Assembly: GCA_002269645.1 (NCBI GenBank)
Contig: NIVC01003400.1
Location: 35,702 to 99,701, forward strand
Length of the DNA stretch: 64,000 nucleotides
Reading direction: 5' to 3'
Source: Macrostomum lignano
Taxonomy: Eukaryota
This document shows positions 59,516 through 64,000 of this stretch, in pieces. A program made the position numbers and the translations under genes. The notes beneath the pieces were generated by a model, which saw nothing but the letters and a program-made list of their open reading frames with translations, did no database searches and was not told the origin of the DNA. Position 1 is the stretch's first letter. Each line of letters begins with the position of its first letter.

Positions 59516-62500
59516 ATGAGGCCAACAGTCGCCCTCATTGTTGCCTGCCTGTGCGTGGCGTCGGTGAGCCTCATTGACGCTCGCCGTTCGTTCCAACAGA
59601 GGTGGAATTTCCGCTACAGCTGCTCGAATCTGGTGCTGGGCGACGCGCAGTTTTACACCTGCCCGTCGGGTAAGATTTAGGGTTTTTTATTCGACTCTGT
59701 TTGAAAATTAATCAGCTAAGAAAGTCCAATTGACAACGTTAAACTGTCTCTCATGTTTACTAGGCTACCAGCTGTTCGCCAGAGGTCCGATGTGCTACCG
59801 ATTCTACTCACAGCGAATGCGCTGGGATCAGGCCAACAGCACCTGCGCCAGGTAATCTTTTAATTGCTATCCACTTGTTTAATTTGCCGTTCGATTAATT
59901 CCCTGATAGGAGATTTCGCTTAGTCTAGCGAAGACTTGTTAAACGTATCTAATTGTTCAAATCATAGGTAAAAGGCGAAAGACTTTGAAAATAGGCCTCG
60001 CCAGCTAATTAGTTTTCGTCAGTAGCAAAACTCAAGATAAATTGCTGCCAATTCATACCTACCCCCCCCCCCCCGACTTTCCAGCGTTGGCGGCCGCCTA
60101 GCCGAAGTGGAGGGTCGCTGCCTGACCCGATGGTTGGTGCGCCAGTTCCGCGGTGCCGCCTTCTCGCGCCGCTTCCGGTTCTGGTTTGGCTTGCGCTGCC
60201 ACAGAAGCTTCGATCGCGACTGCCGATCGTCCAGGGGCCGCCGGAGGGCGCAGTACCGCGGCTACTGGAACTACGGCATCATGGACTCGGGCACTGGTAT
60301 GACTTTATAATGTACTTTTGTGTGGAAGTAAGCATCTGTCATTTTTAGCACTTTGAATTCATTCGAAATGGAACTTTGTGCAGGCGAGCAATGCGCCGAG
60401 CTCGACGCCGATCAGGACAACGACGACGCCTGGAGTTTGAGCTTCTGCGACCGGAAGCGACGGTTCGTTTGCGAGGCGGAGCCGTGCACCCGCGGCTGGT
60501 ACCGCTGCAACGGCAGCGGCCGGCGCATCACCCGCTGCCAGCTGTGCGACGGCCGGAACGACTGCCCAGCCGGTGACGACGAGGATCAACCGCAGTGCCG
60601 TAAGAAGTCGTTTAATATTGAACATTAGAAACCTTTTTGACTTTAAATTTTAAAACGCGTCTGACTTTAGTGGCCGCTACATTGCATTAATTTGAGGCCT
60701 GTGCACGAAATATTTGCCGAGGGGAAGTCGCCCAATTTGCAGCAATTAGGGCCAGCCCCCAAAGGCACAGAGTGTACATGCCTGGATGATTAGAAAGTCA
60801 AAGGGCTGCCCTGTACACCTGTGTGAGCGTGTGTATGAGTGCGCGCCTGCATACAACGTTGGCTCGCTTGTGTTGTGCTCAGGAGCCAGCGGAATGGACA
60901 GCATTGCCTCAGCGCTGCTGGTTGTGGGACGATGTCGCCGGGTTGCGAGCCAGGGTGCTCACAACCTTCCTATTAACAAAAAAAATAATTCCACCGGCCC
61001 AAATGGGCAGATATGTAGCCGACAGCTCAGCCGCAGCTATTGCGTGGCGCGTCTGAAGGCTGCGTACGGCTGTTCAGTGCATGGACTGGGGAGTCGCCAC
61101 ACACCCTCAATTAGCCCAGCTAATGGTGGTACCCATTTTACAGCTGGGAAGCAATGCAGAGTTGAAGACAAAAATAGTTTCACCGGGATCGTGAATCGAA
61201 CCCCCGACCTTCAAGCCATGGGTCCGACGCTCTAATCACTAGGCTACAACCAGTAGGTGACAATATTCTTGCCATTTGTCATTATTATTTTAATAACTTT
61301 TTCTTTACTAGCTCGCCGAGTGTCCTGCGGTGGCAATTTCGATGCGAAGGTAAATACCACGGGTGAGCTGCTGTCGCCAGGCTATCCGAACAAGTACCAG
61401 AACGATGTCAAGTGCGTCTGGACAATCAAGATGGATGCTACTGACTCTCTTAAGCTGAACGTAAGTTTTCTGCTTCATTAACTGGCTAAATAAAAACACT
61501 AAAATGATTGAATGAACAATCACAAAATTTATCGCTTCATTGCAGTTCAACTTCTTCGAAACGGAGCGATTGTTCGACAGGCTGCATGTGTTCCTTGGCG
61601 ACCCGTCCGCTCTGCTTCAAGTCCGGTTGCCGTTCAGCGGCTCACTGGTCAGCGGCTACTCGTGGCAGATGCCGCAGGGCGCCGACATGATCTCTCTGGT
61701 CTTCACCTCTGACTTCAGCATGGTCTACAAAGGCTTCAACATCACCTACGAAGTCTGTAAGTTATTATTATTCAAAATTCTTTCTCTGAGATTCTATTCT
61801 ATCTCATGCGGATGGCTATGCACACATGATTTATTGTTAGTAGTTTCTCTGGAAGCCAGTCTCTTCACTAAAACGAATCTGCGTCAATGAAAAAAGTGTC
61901 TCTACAGTGCTAAGAAAAAATAGAATAGTCACGTCATGCAAACAGACTCACGCAGGCTATTTGTCTGTATGAGAACAGCTAGTTTTGCTGCCCCCCAGCT
62001 GGCTTGGGCATCATTAATTAAGAGCACAGAGGCATTCCGTCTATTTGAAAGGTGCATCAAGACGGAGAGATGGTTTGACGTCGGGTGGGCAGGCCAAGCG
62101 CATCTTGAGCGGGACAGGCATGATTGTTTGCATTAAAACTGGGTGCGCCCGAGACGGCTCCCTTTACTTATTTTATTTTCAGCCTGCAAAAATGCCAAAA
62201 GCGCTTCAAGAGGACCTCGTGTTTCACTCAGCTCTTTTATCTATTGTGCAATCACCTTGCCTTGTTTCTAAATTTAGGAACAAAACGAAAACTGGGTGGG
62301 TCTTGGCTCTAGGCCACTTCATTAAGTGGCTGTAAAGGGCCTCGGCTTTTGTCTACTCTAAGTAGGTGGGTGGAGAAACAATGAAAAAAATGTCTCTGCA
62401 CAAAAACTATTTTGCTGCTGATGCGTCAACAAGATGGCTGCAGGGTAGAGTGGGTGGCACTATGGAAACCAACACAACAAACATTGTTTGACCGGCTCAA

Positions 62501-64000
62501 GTTTAGCTTCTATCTGCAAGGAGAAGATGAAAATTTTGTTGAAACTATCAATGATGACTCATCTTTGCCTTAACCATGCAACCCTTGTAACAAAATTTGA
62601 CTGGGACCACAAACCAACCACAACACAGCCAGTGCCTCGTGCTCGTTCAGCCAGAGCATCGGCAGCCCCGGCTACTCTCTGGCGATCACCCCGGCCAACC
62701 TGACTGCCGGCAAGACTTGCTCCTGGCAGCTGTCCAGCTCGGTGTCTGCGGCCGCCAACCTGAGCTTCAGTCTGGATGCCTTCAGCATTCCGGCCGGCTG
62801 TAGCATCAAATTTTATTTCGGCACAGCCAGCAGCGATGCCTCCCTGCTGGCCGAGCTGTCCGGCACTCGGGCCTACGCCAGCTCCATCGTGTCCAGCACT
62901 TCGGCAGTGCTAGTTGAATCCTACTGCAGCTTCTCCGCGGTGCTCACTGGCCTCAGCGGCAGCATCCTCTCTGGCCGAGTTCGTCCCGGATGCAGCATTG
63001 AGATTTACGCCAGCAGCGGCGTCATCGAGTCACCCGGCTACGATGTTGCTTACCCCAACTATGCTAACTGTCAGTATATTGTCATGGCCTCGGTGCCTCA
63101 GTGGAAGCTCAACATGGAATTCTTCGAACTGGAGGTTGGCTACGACTCCGTTAACATCAGCACTAATCAGTCTTCAACTGCCTACAGCCTGCTGAGCACG
63201 CCCGAGGCGGTGCAGCAGAGCCTGACAGCTCTCGGCAGCTTCAATTCCAGCACCCAGCTTACCATCACGTTCCAATCCGACTTCAGCGTCCAGAGAAGAG
63301 GCTTCCGATTCTCATTTTCGAAGCCGTGCGTCGGTTCGCTGGGCAATCTCGCCTACGGCATGATGATGAACTACACCTGCCCCTTTGGCTCAGTGTTGGG
63401 CAACGCCAGTCTGAGAACGGAGTTTGTTGAGGTCACCTGCACGATGGGTGGCGTCTTTTCACCCAGCGCCGTGCTCTGCGTTCGTGAGTAGCTTGAGGGT
63501 GGGGTTTGATAGAGTCCTTTGTCAGTCTGACTAGCATACTAAAGAACACGTCTCAATCACTCTACAGCGAAGACCTGCGGCAGGCCATCATTGCCGGCCA
63601 ACAGCATCGCCAGGGTTGGCGGCCTGTTCCTCGGTAACCGCACCGAGTACGAATGCATGCCTGGCTATGAGCTGGTAGGCCCCAGCTATAGCGAGTGCAC
63701 CTTGGACGGTTGGACTGCGACGCCGACATGCAGATGTAAGTATTGTTTGACTGTTCTAATAGCCATGGGATACTCTTTCAGTTTTTTATTATAGTATGCT
63801 AACTACGAGTTAAGTGCAAAGTTTCGAAGTAAGGCCTGAAAATCCCTTTACGTCCATCATAGTATTTCAGAATTCCGGCACCAATATTTTATCCGCGTGC
63901 ATGTCTCGTATTTCAGCCATCCAGTGCAGCATTCCGTCGGATCGCGATCCGAACCTGGAGATTCTGCTTGGCGGCACCATTTTCAAATTTGGCGGCCTGG
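59516..64000 (+). CDS. Large secreted/membrane protein SP-CTL-LDLa-CUB-CUB-CUB-Sushi..., Uninflatable-like, 5' part. Exons 59516-59669, 59764-59851, 60085-60296, 60384-60599, 61312-61460, 61546-61756, 62629-63483, 63568-63735, 63917->64000
   Basis: Signal MRPTVALIVACLCVASVSLIDA; CTL CPSGY..CYRF..WDQANSTC..GGRLA..WFGL..C..FVCE; LDLa CTRGWYRC..CDGRNDCPAGDDE; CUB SPGYPNKY..CVWTI..FTSDFS..KGF; Sushi YECMPGYELVG..C..W. All junctions are GT-AG and phase-compatible. Confidence 0.85.
60786..61251 (-). mobile_element. tRNA-derived CORE-like SINE copy in intron 4 of the Uif-like gene
   Basis: Reverse complement aligns by eye to 52142-52615 along its length (head, cagctgtaaaatggg, gagggtgtgtggcgac, body), with a deletion in the CORE part. 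Confidence 0.85.

Overview
Eukaryotic (animal) genomic DNA with GT-AG introns, GC-rich compact exons and an extreme density of unrelated minisatellites. The style suggests a free-living flatworm such as Macrostomum, which is inference only. No prokaryotic features or CRISPR arrays are present. Spliced or intact genes I can reconstruct: the 5' part of an MGCxxS/farnesoic-acid-O-methyltransferase-domain gene (-), a 71-aa neuropeptide-like precursor hidden from the ORF track, MRI1, an MPP7-like MAGUK, NDUFC2, a cystatin, two tandem ZNF706 copies, a K2P (TWK) channel (-), a two-exon 369-aa acidic EATEP-repeat protein, a Na/K-ATPase beta subunit, and the 5' part of an Uninflatable-like CTL-LDLa-CUB-Sushi protein. 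Mobile DNA includes a 5'-truncated Penelope element with a type I hammerhead ribozyme, three non-autonomous DNA transposons with 8-bp TSDs (one nested in another), three copies of a tRNA/CORE-type SINE, an RTE 3' end and a decayed LINE. The best novelty candidates are the EATEP-repeat gene, the neuropeptide precursor, the Penelope hammerhead, the CDS-limited ZNF706 duplication with a CCAAT-box array, and splice-acceptor-like AGs 1-4 nt before five start codons (possible SL trans-splicing or operon). All gene models are manual reads, not database-confirmed.
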